Shown here in pieces: positions 32,212 through 43,232 of a DNA stretch of 64,000 nucleotides (within the stretch, counting starts at the first letter, position 1; each line of letters opens with the position of its first letter). The stretch spans positions 1 through 64,000 of the forward strand of contig CAVXZB010000084.1 in NCBI GenBank assembly GCA_963765895.1. Reading direction: 5' to 3'. The DNA is from an uncultured Nitrososphaeraceae archaeon. GTDB taxonomy: Archaea; Thermoproteota; Nitrososphaeria; Nitrososphaerales; Nitrososphaeraceae. The position numbers and the translations under genes were made by a program. The notes beneath the pieces are model-generated. The model did no database searches. It was not told where the DNA came from and saw only the letters and a program-made list of their open reading frames with translations.

Positions 32212-34023
32212 TTAGCTAGTTATGTTGCCATTGGCTGGTACACTAAATCCAAAGGTAGCTCCATTTTCGCTAGTATTATTCACGGCCCATATTCTGCCAC
32301 CATGAGCTTCAATAATACTTTTTGAAATATACAAGCCCAAGCCTATACCATGTAATGATTTAGTTGCAAATTTCGTAAATAGTCGAGGCATCATCTCTAA
32401 ATCAATTCCCTTACCACTATCCTTTACTATGATAATCCATTCCTTTGTATGTGTATTCTGAGTCTTTCTTGATACTGATATAGTTATTAAGCCGTCTTTT
32501 GTAAAATTGAATGCATTATCTAATAAATTTTGAATAACTTGGCTAATTCTTTGTCTATCCCCAAGGACGGAAGCATTCTCGACATTACATTCAAATGATA
32601 TTTCAGGCCTATTTACAAGCCCAGCTTGGTCTTTTCTATAATCATCTAATAAGCCATTAATTATACTTACTAAATCAAACACTTCACTTCTCAGTTCTAA
32701 TGAATTACCATCAATCCTAGATACATCTAGTATATCCTCGGTAAGATGTTTCAAACGACGAGCATTTCTTCCTATAACGGGAATAATTTCTTTATACTGT
32801 TCAATATTACCATTCTTATTTTCCAAAATATCTGTTAAACCCAATATCGGTTGAATAGGTGTTCTCAATTCATAAGCCGCCACATTAATAAACTCTTCTT
32901 GTAGGGTGTCGTGAAGTTGGAGCTTTTTAATTAGTATCTCTTGTTGTTTATTTGATTCCTTGACTTGTTCATATAGATCAACTTGAGCCCACAATGAGTC
33001 AAGTATTGAAACGTAAGAAGATACGGTAGATTTACTGTTGGAGTACGAAGTCAAGCCTATCGCTTCTACAGAGGTATCTTTGCTGTCATCTTTTAATTCC
33101 GCGACTAAAGAGTATTTTCTATCGACAACCAACATCGAAACTTTAGTCTGTAATTGAGGTTGAATAAATCGAATTCTTAATTTATTTATATTATTCGGAT
33201 GATCGTCCTGCTTCTGCTTGTCCTTATCATGGTTAACCATATTACCATTTGTGCTAGCCTTACTGTTATCATCGGCTCCTAGTTCTTCTTTCATAATCTT
33301 CTCTACCTTTTCGTCGAAGGGTGTAAGAATTCTAACTTTTAGTCCCCGAAGGCTTGCCTTTTTCAGTAATCTTACTGCTCCTGACTCTGTCTGACGTCGG
33401 AATGCATTTGCGGTTGAAAACATGCCAAGTATTTCTTTGTTTGCTCCATTGATAAGCTCAAAAACGAGTTTCTGTACTTCATATGGATCTCTGATTGTCT
33501 TTATAAAATCTGGCTTTATCCCCTCTTTTATCTCTCTAATCCTTTCGTCAGCAGTCTCTGCTTTATTCCAAAGCATATCAAAGAAATATTGTTGCTGTTC
33601 CACGAATGAACTGATATTACAATAAATAATTTTCGGAGCGATTTTTGTTTGACCATCAAAAACTACTGGTGCAAGGTATTCTGATTCACTTATCATAAAA
33701 TTGTTCATGAATCCTTCTAGATGTCTAACCTCCTCTACAATATCCATCAGCTCATGACTACACCTTAAATTGTCCTTAGTAATTTCGGTAAGATATCTTA
33801 TCTTGACTCCTCTCCTTTTAGCATCCATAAGAGATTTCTTAATGGCCTCTGTTCTAATTGCTAATAACAAATTGGTATAATTCATACACGTATCTACGTT
33901 TCTTTTTGCGTTCAACAGGAAACGTAATTCAGCCTCTATTACCCTTTTAGAACCATGATACACTTTTGTTCTATTGGTAGTTTCTCCTGTGGTAGAAGGT
34001 GAGGAGGTAATGGATGCTTCCAA
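32212..34023 (-). CDS. Cytoplasmic sensor histidine kinase with two N-terminal TrmB/PLD-like domains; H-box His replaced by Tyr
   Basis: RGVKIRYLTEIT and RGLKVRILTP repeats, H-box AAYELRTPIQP and an intact HATPase (NLLDNA, DSGKGI, GIGLGL). Confidence 0.85.
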   Translation of the reverse strand: MEASITSSPSTTGETTNRTKVYHGSKRVIEAELRFLLNAKRNVDTCMNYTNLLLAIRTEAIKKSLMDAKRRGVKIRYLTEITKDNLRCSHELMDIVEEVRHLEGFMNNFMISESEYLAPVVFDGQTKIAPKIIYCNISSFVEQQQYFFDMLWNKAETADERIREIKEGIKPDFIKTIRDPYEVQKLVFELINGANKEILGMFSTANAFRRQTESGAVRLLKKASLRGLKVRILTPFDEKVEKIMKEELGADDNSKASTNGNMVNHDKDKQKQDDHPNNINKLRIRFIQPQLQTKVSMLVVDRKYSLVAELKDDSKDTSVEAIGLTSYSNSKSTVSSYVSILDSLWAQVDLYEQVKESNKQQEILIKKLQLHDTLQEEFINVAAYELRTPIQPILGLTDILENKNGNIEQYKEIIPVIGRNARRLKHLTEDILDVSRIDGNSLELRSEVFDLVSIINGLLDDYRKDQAGLVNRPEISFECNVENASVLGDRQRISQVIQNLLDNAFNFTKDGLITISVSRKTQNTHTKEWIIIVKDSGKGIDLEMMPRLFTKFATKSLHGIGLGLYISKSIIEAHGGRIWAVNNTSENGATFGFSVPANGNITS

Positions 34024-34074
34024 ATCACACCCAAATAATAAGATTATGTGAATATAAAAAGAGTAGGGTTAATG

Positions 34075-35022
34075 GGCTATGTAGAAAACATCATCAATAT
34101 TACAAGATTAGTCAGTCTATGCATATTGTAGGTGATACATCTAAATGATAACTCTCTGTTCTGCATTCTAGTCAATCTAGACATAAGATTCTCTCCAAAT
34201 AGTCGTTTTATAACTGATATTATGGTTTCATCTTTGTTTCGTTGATTGTACAGCAATTTGGAGTAACCACGCTTCATCTGCTTTCTGTACTTACCATGTG
34301 TTCTCCACATCGGTACATGTTCATATCGAGCAGGAATAATACTGAATGCATGTAAGTCCTCTCTTACGAGAAGGTGATTATCTTCACTATCGTAACCCTT
34401 ATCAGCTGTAACTACGGATAATGGAAGAATATTTGATGTCCTTGTTATAATTGGCCTGAAATCTACATTATCATGCCTTGTTGGAGCTCGTCTTATCTTA
34501 ATTGTACATATGATTTGTTGTAATACATCTACTCCAATAGATAATTTCGCATATTTTCTTCTCAATTCTGTTCGATCAGTATAATATTGTGATGCATGAG
34601 TTATCTTAAATCCTGTTGAATCTATTCCTGCAAAGATATGCTTGGTACAGCTAATTACAATGAATGACGAAATTATCTTTTCAAGCAATGAATTATTGAT
34701 TCTATCTGTAAACTTTTGCAATGTTGTAAAATGAGGAATACGTGACAACCGTAGAAATGACCTTAGGTAATAGGCTTCAATTAACCACTCGACAAACATT
34801 CTATAACTCTTACCTTCATACTGTCGTATAGCAACTAGAACTATGTGCTGCCATATTGTAAATATGTGATTACTTTTCCTGTTAGAAAATAGAGGAATCC
34901 TTGCATGCTTCAAAACACGGAACATAGTACCTGCAAGTCTGACGTACATTGATTCTTTCAATAGACTATTGGTATTATACTCTTACAAAGCTTTGACTGT
35001 ATGAGATGGTTTCTACACAGCC
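34075..35022 (-). mobile_element. IS5-family (ISH1-like) insertion sequence, copy 2, intact
   Basis: TIRs GGCTATGTAGAAAACAT / ATGGTTTCTACACAGCC and an 8-bp TSD GGTTAATG (34067-34074, 35023-35030). Confidence 0.93.
34077..34961 (-). CDS. IS5-family DDE transposase
   Basis: 294 aa with IDSTG, ADKGYDS and YNQRNKDETIISVIKR (D-D-E). Confidence 0.95.
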   Translation of the reverse strand: MKESMYVRLAGTMFRVLKHARIPLFSNRKSNHIFTIWQHIVLVAIRQYEGKSYRMFVEWLIEAYYLRSFLRLSRIPHFTTLQKFTDRINNSLLEKIISSFIVISCTKHIFAGIDSTGFKITHASQYYTDRTELRRKYAKLSIGVDVLQQIICTIKIRRAPTRHDNVDFRPIITRTSNILPLSVVTADKGYDSEDNHLLVREDLHAFSIIPARYEHVPMWRTHGKYRKQMKRGYSKLLYNQRNKDETIISVIKRLFGENLMSRLTRMQNRELSFRCITYNMHRLTNLVILMMFST

Positions 35023-35985
35023 GGTTAATGATTAAATGAAACTAATGTTTCAGCTGACGATGAATAGTATAGGTACAAGCCCATAATCGAGTTTAAGTTA
35101 AGAAGTTATGAAGTAGCCATAGCATTATGCCATGTGGATATGACTTCCTGGCTAAATAAATACTTAGACCTTTAGCATTTGGTAATCTCTAACTACACAA
35201 AGTGATTGTCAGAATCGACAGGAAGTGACATAAAGGCAAAATGATTCAATGCAGAATCAATACAAAACAGAAAGAAATCAAGCTGCACAGAGTAAGGGGA
35301 GTTGGAAATCATCTGACTGTATTAGAAGAATTATGAAGTGCTCAGTTTGATTACAGACGAGAAAGAACTGAGAAATTATTGCTGGTACTCGTCAGGGTGC
35401 ATGAGTAAGTAGAGGATTGATTGAGTCCATCTGCAGAAGGACAGTAAAATAAGAACTCGTCCAGTTTGGCCTGCTTTTTTTACTGCCACATGCCGGCAAA
35501 GCAATTGTCTAATTGTAACTAATTTCAGAAGATAACTTACAATCAGCACCTTTCATATATCTCCACGGGTAACGATTTGCCCTAATCCTGACTAGTCGTT
35601 CTACACCCTCTTATCGAATGCTGGGTAGAAACCAAGGTGTTAACGCACTCGACTCCATCTATCTGTTCCAGCTTGTGACGTGGTTCGAGACATATTTGGT
35701 ATGCTTCTTTTAGAATTAAGTATTACCATCTAGTCGCATTTCGCCGGCTTCCTGACAATATTGTGAAGAGCCTGCCATCAGAATACTAACACTTATTGAG
35801 CTTATAATGTGGGTAGATCTAAGGATAGTTCGAATAACTACGGGTGTATCTTGGGATTAATAGTCGCCATCAACATGAACCAATACCAAACCAAGATCAC
35901 GAAGAGTAAGACTTGGAATTAGGCAGAAAAATAAAATAGTAGTTTATTTGGAAATAAACGTTTAGAAACCTTTTGTTTACGAAAA

Positions 35986-36201
35986 GTGTTTCACTATATT
36001 ATGAACAAAATCGTCACGGTAAGTGTGGTTATCCTCGCAGGCTTGGTACTGTTGGGCGGTATGACACATGGTAACACAGTGTACGCAAACGAAAGCGAAA
36101 AAGAGCATTGCTCAGACAAATATCTGCCTCAAGATGAGACTAGATTTCATATACTACCCTGTGACGATATAGGAATTCCGAATAATCATGACGGACAGTA
36201 G
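35986..36201 (+). CDS. Small secreted protein with two Cys
   Basis: Signal peptide MNKIVTVSVVILAGLVLLGG...VYA. The likely start is ATG 36001. Confidence 0.55.
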   Translation: MFHYIMNKIVTVSVVILAGLVLLGGMTHGNTVYANESEKEHCSDKYLPQDETRFHILPCDDIGIPNNHDGQ

Positions 36202-37056
36202 AATCTATGACTTGTACAAATAGAGAAATAAAATAGTAGTTTTTTCAGAAATAAGAATATCCTTTTTCTCTCTGCTACATAATCATTCCTATGACTAGTG
36301 AGATATGAAGAGTACTATTGAAGCGGGATGATTATCTAGCCGGCTAGGGTGAGGTGTATAATGCCGAATATGACTTTGGACATGATTCTGATGACGCCGG
36401 CGTTAACTTCATATTTCTTTGTCGGTCTTCGTCCATAATCATCGTTAGTATAACTTGCATTGTTTTAGTTCTGTCATGTTCTCTTCTACTATTCTCATAT
36501 TGTGTTTTTCTGGGTCAATCTCCTTCTGTTTCTTTTCGATTTGTTTTTAGTTATTTTTTAATTTCGTGTGAAGTTAATTCTTTACCTTTCGACAATATTA
36601 CAGGTTAAGAATGGCATTGAATTTCTATAGGTTGTAGAACTTTTAGTAGAGGGAGACTGGCTGATTCATTGATAGGCAACTGGTATAGCCCTAGTTGCTT
36701 TCTATCATTCTACTATCGTGGTCGATCATTCCTTTCGATTTTTAGCATTTTAGCATTTTTGCATAGCAGGACTAGTATTTACGATTTTATAGAAAGAAAG
36801 TGATTTTGATCTCATTAGCAAGTCAGTATACCTACAAGTAATACATGACCTACAATCCATGCAGACTGACCTGCTAATCTGCTGATCAAGATCACATACC
36901 AACTAGACCAAAGTCTTTTTGGTACATCATTATTACGTATTGATAGGTGTTAAAAGTTACGTATACACCATGTGCATGTGCATACATATAGTTAGCATAT
37001 TTAGGAAACTCTTCGTCAGAGTACAGGGAAGAATGTTTCATTTAGCAGAATGCTTT

Positions 37057-37314
37057 TCAATGGCGAATGTTACTTATTATCGAACTTTCTTCGCCATAGA
37101 CTGATCTAATTTTGGCGTTTATGGCGTCGATAATAATACTTGGATTCAGTCGTTTTATTGGCGATATTGTAGTTGTATTGCTGTAGTTTGTTTGTTGTAT
37201 TGTAGTTGTATTCTGGGCATATACAGTGATTATTGCCGGTACTGACGAGACCACGATAGCAACTACAATATTGACAATTGTTGTTATTATAATGAAAATT
37301 ACGGATTTCCTCAT
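37057..37314 (-). CDS. Secreted hypothetical protein, probably truncated
   Basis: Signal peptide ending VYAQ followed by a T/N-rich linker. Confidence 0.45.
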   Translation of the reverse strand: MRKSVIFIIITTIVNIVVAIVVSSVPAIITVYAQNTTTIQQTNYSNTTTISPIKRLNPSIIIDAINAKIRSVYGEESSIISNIRH

Positions 37315-37647
37315 ATAAAAGTAGGCAATACTAACTATTTATCGATTTGATATAAAATGACAGGTTAGACTTTCTAATTTCCAGAAAAATTAACTTCGTA
37401 ATTTTATTTCGACTATTAAGACTAAAATACAATCGCCAGCATTGTCACTAGGAATGCTACAGTAGTGTCAACTATCAGGATAATATTTTTTTGCAGTCTG
37501 GCCTAGACTACCAAATGAAATAATACACAATACTAGACTCTGGAATAAACAATTTGTTGATTAGCAATGGACTATTAGACAAAGATTGATAGGCAAAAGT
37601 CTGCTAGGCAATGTAGCATTGATTAGGAATAGTGTCCATTATAGATA

Positions 37648-37996
37648 TACTGATCGTGTAGTCCAGAACAATGCCCTGACGATTCATCACGACCATGGAC
37701 CCTAGTACCTCATAGATTGGTTGAAATATCCTCTCGAGTCGGGGATTCCTCATTGGCCGTTGTTTCGTTTTAGGTTATACAAATCATGATCGGTTTGTGG
37801 GTATCTCTCATTGGTGAGGGTTTTGGATTATTTACCCAGTACCAATTACCAAATCGAGTTTTCAATCATTTTAAACGATGACGATCAGTAGATATTTGCC
37901 TCAAGAATAATATCTTGTCATTAGGCTCGGAGTTCAGTTGGCCATTCCACTCAGACACGACTGAATTCCACCTAACGACAGCTTTATAGTTTGTTA
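37648..37996 (+). ncRNA. Candidate large structured RNA
   Basis: Helices TACTGATCGT/ACGATCAGTA (10 bp), TGGTTGAAA/TTTCAATCA and GGAGTTCAGTTG/CGACTGAATTCC (12 bp), plus several internal hairpins. No ORF. Confidence 0.5.
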
Positions 37997-38450
37997 CTAA
38001 GTTGTGGCTTGGATAGATTGACATGTAGTTAGTTGGTAAATTTACCGTTTGATGTGGCCACGGGAATATCAGAGCTAATCATATATGCTTTGTTCATACA
38101 TTTTCTAGGCTTAGATTTTAGAAATACCGCAAAAACAATAGATAGATGTTGCACTTACACAGATAGGTTACATTTTCGATTACCTACATGGGTTACACAC
38201 TGCTGCCTTAGTTCTTGTACGTATGGTGGATGTAATTAATCTTTGTAGAAACATCTCTGATGGAGTAAGGCCGTACCCACTAAATAGATATTTTGACCCT
38301 GATATTTTGTCCCATGAAGGAATGAACTCGTTAACCTCTTTATCGACTAACAGAGACCAACGGATGAGCAACCACCTCCAATCATCTACCAGTGGAACGA
38401 ATATTCCTATCATTATACATAAGTCTGAAGAACAAACTAGGATAATCAAA

Positions 38451-39545
38451 TCAAGCAGGGATTGTTATAGTTATTTCTGAATGACCACCTGAATCAGGGG
38501 CCATATTGCTTTTGTTTCCTTTTATTGCATCAGTTACTACTAAATAAATTATCGTATGATCTGATTTCGTAGGTGCATTTCTGGTATTAATTGCGTTTTG
38601 TATTACTTTTGTTGTCTGCTTTATCCAATTGTACTTATGTGGCATAGGTGTGGAGGTATCTACATAGTTACCGATTACCTTCACCGGACCAGTCACACCA
38701 TATTGTTTTAATCCACTAATATAGTCAGTCCCAGTAAATAGATTGTTAATTGTTGTGCTAATATGGGTTAGAGTATTAGAACCTGTTGCATTTGTGCTCC
38801 AGCTTCCGGGTACTCCCCAAAATATTATAAAAATGTCTGCAGATGGAATAACAGGTATTTTATTAGCATTGTGATAATCTCCCTTTCCTGAATATCCGCC
38901 TTTACCTAATCCCGGTATTATACATTCTTTATCTGAATTCGAGTAGTAAGGCGATCCAAATGCTCCATTAGGATATGTTTTTGGCTTTCCATTATTCATG
39001 AAGATATGTTCATCACATGCATCTGATATCTCATAATCACCATTATTAGTCCATCCAGCAGGATCAGTCTTAGGAGTGTATGGATTGGTCATGTCTTCAA
39101 TAGTTTCTTCTGTTGCTGCATAGTATACATCAAATGACTTATACGATACCATTTCCGCGAAAGCCATTCTCGCCTTTATCTGGTTTGTTGCTACGGATCC
39201 AGCTGTCAGATTTGGATGAGATTGAGGATGTTGGGTACATGTAAACACAGGAATACTTGTTGGTGCGGCAGGTTTAGTTAAATCTATTAAATTCGCTTTT
39301 GTAGCATTGGTTATTGGAAGCTTTCGACACGTATCAGCAGCTGCAGTCGTAATAGAAGTAAATCCTGTACCAAATGGGAGTCTGAAAGGGCTATAATTAA
39401 TCCCCGTGTCAGTGGATTTATTGCCATACGTTACAGTAGACGAAGCGCTCTGACTATATGTGACAAGGGATAATAAAACTATTACCATGACAAAGAACGA
39501 AGTTATAACCTTATGATGATCCGATACAAGATTCTGAAGGCACAT
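38451..39545 (-). CDS. Secreted protein resembling a circularly permuted EXORDIUM/Phi-1-like domain
   Basis: Signal peptide. The E..E.MTNP...GW...EISDAC...YSN...C block precedes the IFIIFWG...W...Y..GLKQYG...IYLVVT...GGH block. Confidence 0.6.
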   Translation of the reverse strand: MCLQNLVSDHHKVITSFFVMVIVLLSLVTYSQSASSTVTYGNKSTDTGINYSPFRLPFGTGFTSITTAAADTCRKLPITNATKANLIDLTKPAAPTSIPVFTCTQHPQSHPNLTAGSVATNQIKARMAFAEMVSYKSFDVYYAATEETIEDMTNPYTPKTDPAGWTNNGDYEISDACDEHIFMNNGKPKTYPNGAFGSPYYSNSDKECIIPGLGKGGYSGKGDYHNANKIPVIPSADIFIIFWGVPGSWSTNATGSNTLTHISTTINNLFTGTDYISGLKQYGVTGPVKVIGNYVDTSTPMPHKYNWIKQTTKVIQNAINTRNAPTKSDHTIIYLVVTDAIKGNKSNMAPDSGGHSEITITIPA

Positions 39546-42500
39546 TATTATTATTGCAACCTATTCCTACTACTTAATAAGAAATTAGAAATAATACAAT
39601 AGAAATTATTCAGTAAGGAATCTGCTGTATGTTGTAAATTTATACAATTCAGATTTTCCTTTACCCTAATCAATACTTTAATTGGTATGAGAAGAAGCTA
39701 AATTTGGTATATGCATCGTTCTCAAAACCGGTACTGAGACAGTCTTATATTGTTATATAATAATCCTGTATAACAGACCACTCTATGATTAATTCTACTC
39801 CAGATTGACTTCATGATGATTCTTCAGTTGCGCATATGTCTTGTTACTCGAATCCATTTAATGTATTTTCTGACTTTAATATATCCAACAGATGCAGCGG
39901 GTGCAATATAACGTGTTAAAAATGAGTTCCTCTCCGTAATTACGGAGATTGGCAGTCTTTTATAAGGATGTCTTGATTATATCTGGATAGAAAATAAGAT
40001 TTTGTAGATTCAGAATCAATCTCAGACTTTATTCTAGCTCACTGCTATCTTCAAAATTATAAAACTTCGATGCTAGTTTGAAAACATCAAATATATCGTT
40101 ATAAGACGTAGCTGCTTTTATTTAGTGTTCCACCATTATGGAACTGGATGCTTCTATCAAGGGTAAAGATAAGGACAGTACAATTTCAAAGTTGTTAGAA
40201 AATGCTATCAACTATATCAATGTTAAAGGAATATTTACTGAGTTTTGACGTTTATGGATCGTTAAAGAGGCCTAGTATCATTTGCCCGAAAAAAGTAATA
40301 TTATATTGCTACTGTCGTTATTGGTGCTATTTTTGCCAGTCATTTCTTGCTTCAATCTCACGCTCTGATTCGAATAGATACCTAAACCAGTCTTTTGTTA
40401 TTCTACAAGAGACCAATCCCTATACTATGGCTAGAGTCTAAATGACTAATCCGTTCGCTCCTTTTTCTAAGTTGATGACATAGTCTACTGCGGAACTGCT
40501 GCTGTTCTTTTTTCTTTGTATCTGTCTTTGCGCTCGATTGCCTCTATGTTGTATCTTTTCGGTTGGTCTTTAGGTGATAAATAACTACTGCCGCTATTAT
40601 TGTTATTATTATTATCGCTAGCCATTTATTTAGTAACCGTATTCCCCCCATATTGATGGGAGCCCGTGAATAGTATGCGCCTAATCTCAGACTAAGACTT
40701 CCGTCCATAGCGGCATTATGACTTCCTTGATATGTCCAGAGTGTTTAAACAAATAATTCTTCTGACATTTCGAACACTGAAAAGACCTAAAAGGGTCGCT
40801 AGAGGCAAACCGAATAAGAGGCACAGGCTTGAAGAATTAGTAAACGAACAGAGGTCTTCTATAATCGTATGTATACGAATATCCATCAGGGGGATTGACC
40901 TCGGCAACTGCATCAATAGCACTAAAGATAAAACACACAACTCGTAACATGGGCGTATAACCACAGAACTAGGAGGAGATCAGAACTCGTGGATAAGTAT
41001 AGGAGACTTCAGAAACCAAATACCTGCAAGTGGGAAGATGGTCACTACAGATAACATGAACACATCAATAATACAGATACAGTCAATAGGTAGAGGAGTT
41101 GGCGAGGATAACGAATAGTTCTCACAATACGCCAGCAATTAAAGAAGTCGAGACGAACAAGCCGGCCCTATATCATTCAGCAGACCTAGCACATACATTC
41201 CTCTAACCTATGAAAAGCCCTGAATTCATTTACCGTGCGTGTGTAGCTGAAAAGTCAGTAGACATTTATCGTATCATATAACGTACTTTCAATTCTCAAA
41301 GAGGGTTTGCCTATGATAAGATGATTATATTCATCGTATTGTTGATATAATTTTATGTGCTTAATTAATACTGTAATTTACTTCTTTTGAAACCATTACA
41401 GGGGCAATAATCAATTGTATAAATGCTCTTTATGTGGCTCTCTTCATATGTATCCATCAATTTTGAATCAGCATGACAAACTGCTTTTCTTAAGTTAACT
41501 ACGCCGTCCTCGTCAAATCCTAGAGTATGATTTCTTCTTCTGTGTCCACATGAGCACAGTTAATGATCATGTTCTGTAGATACCCTGTGATATCCTCTCG
41601 TTACGTTGTTTTGTCCTGGTTCTTGAGTTTCAAATCTTTCCCATTCTTCCAGTTCTATATTTTCGTCATTTGTCAAGATTGAGTCAATATACTACCAATT
41701 GTTGGATATATTTTTAATTATTAATCTATGCTCTCATTTTCCTGATAGTCATATAGGCACAAGTAGGATTTGGAGCGAGTTTAAAAAAGGCAGGGTCGAA
41801 TGTGGACTATATAACAAAAAAGGTGGGAGCAGCAATATAACAAATAAAACGACTCTAGCACCAAGATTACTGATTAGTCAATAATCACTGTGGTATTTTT
41901 CATTGAGTAAATCGATCCAATGAGCTATAAATGCCAAATGATAAGTATATAGTGAAATGAATCAAGAAATGGAAGATCCTGTAAGAACAGATCTATCTGA
42001 GTTTGGATACATAGAGAAAAAGATGGCGGCAGCAGGACTATTGTACACAGAATTATGTATCAAAGCAATCGGGGCATATGACAAAGAGATGGAAGACAGG
42101 ACTGAGGTAGATACTACAGATAGCAACTATTGTAATATAGTAGACTTGAATGTGATCTCTGCTAGATAGGATATAGCATGAAATGAAGTGCATGTCTATC
42201 AAGCAGCCCTAGGCCGAGCTAATCCTAACTGGAAGAAAAAGAATAGAACTACGAAGCTGGAATATACTGAACAGAGCATCCCATCTGTACATTCATGTTC
42301 CTAACAAGATAGACACAGAAGCCTGCAAGAGATACAGATACGATTCTAGCAAGCTAGCAGGGACCAAACAATCCATCGTAGGTTATATTGTGATTGGCTA
42401 CCTAAAAGAGTACGAGACTATGGAAGAATTTAACAAAGACAAATATGGTTTTGTGATAAATAGTTACAAAAAGATGAAACCTATAAGAAATGTTAAAGGA

Positions 42501-42917
42501 CAGCAGAAGGTCTTCATCATTAACTAATTGTCATGTTAATATCCCTAACGGTCGGTTACCTTCTATAGTATAACTGTATTTCTTATAAGAGATAATATAG
42601 ATATCATTACAACCTTGCTCTTTAATTTCTATCTACTGTATTGAAGTCAGGAACAACTCCTTCCTTCCTCCATATTTTTGTGAACAGTTATCGCATAAAT
42701 AGACTAATTTAGAAATCAGACCTACTTATTCATACTCATTAAACAACAGTATACAAAAGTAAAATCACATTTTTAGGAAGATTATGCTGGATGGAATTAT
42801 CCTAAGCTAGTAATATTAGATTAAAATCCGTTTTCCGATCATAATCAAGTACTCTCAATTATACATACTAATATTTACTGCGAATCGAAACACGGAAACA
42901 ACAAAGGCTGGCTTGCT

Positions 42918-43089
42918 TCACTTCGATATTTGCCCTCTAATCTCCCATTTTGGATTTTGTTGTGTATGAACGTTTGCATGGGCGTTACCATCTTCAATCG
43001 GCTTGACAAGATCTGAGATTTGTTTGTCTTTCAATGGCCCTTCTAGTTTATCAGAAGTAATAGTGCCTTGTACTAATACTTCACTCTTA
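42918..43089 (-). pseudogene. CHRD-domain C-terminal fragment
   Basis: Manual translation VLVQGTITSDKLEGPLKDKQISDLVKPIEDGNAHANVHTQQNPKWEIRGQISK* carries the CHRD NVHT...EIRGQI signature. Confidence 0.8.
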
Positions 43090-43232
43090 GGACCAGAGGA
43101 GATGGCTATACATAGAAGTAATAAGGAAAAAGTTCAATTCGCATATGGAGATAATTATGGAGTTGAAAATATCAGATTGAATAGCATTGAGTAAACCTAT
43201 AACGCTACTGATAGTTTATTGTAAATTAATGT

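Noticed and set aside
37674-37700. Hammerhead ribozyme (CTGACGA core; similar words at ~35390 minus and ~50515)
   Set aside because: No correctly placed stem II followed by GAAA and an NUH cleavage site.
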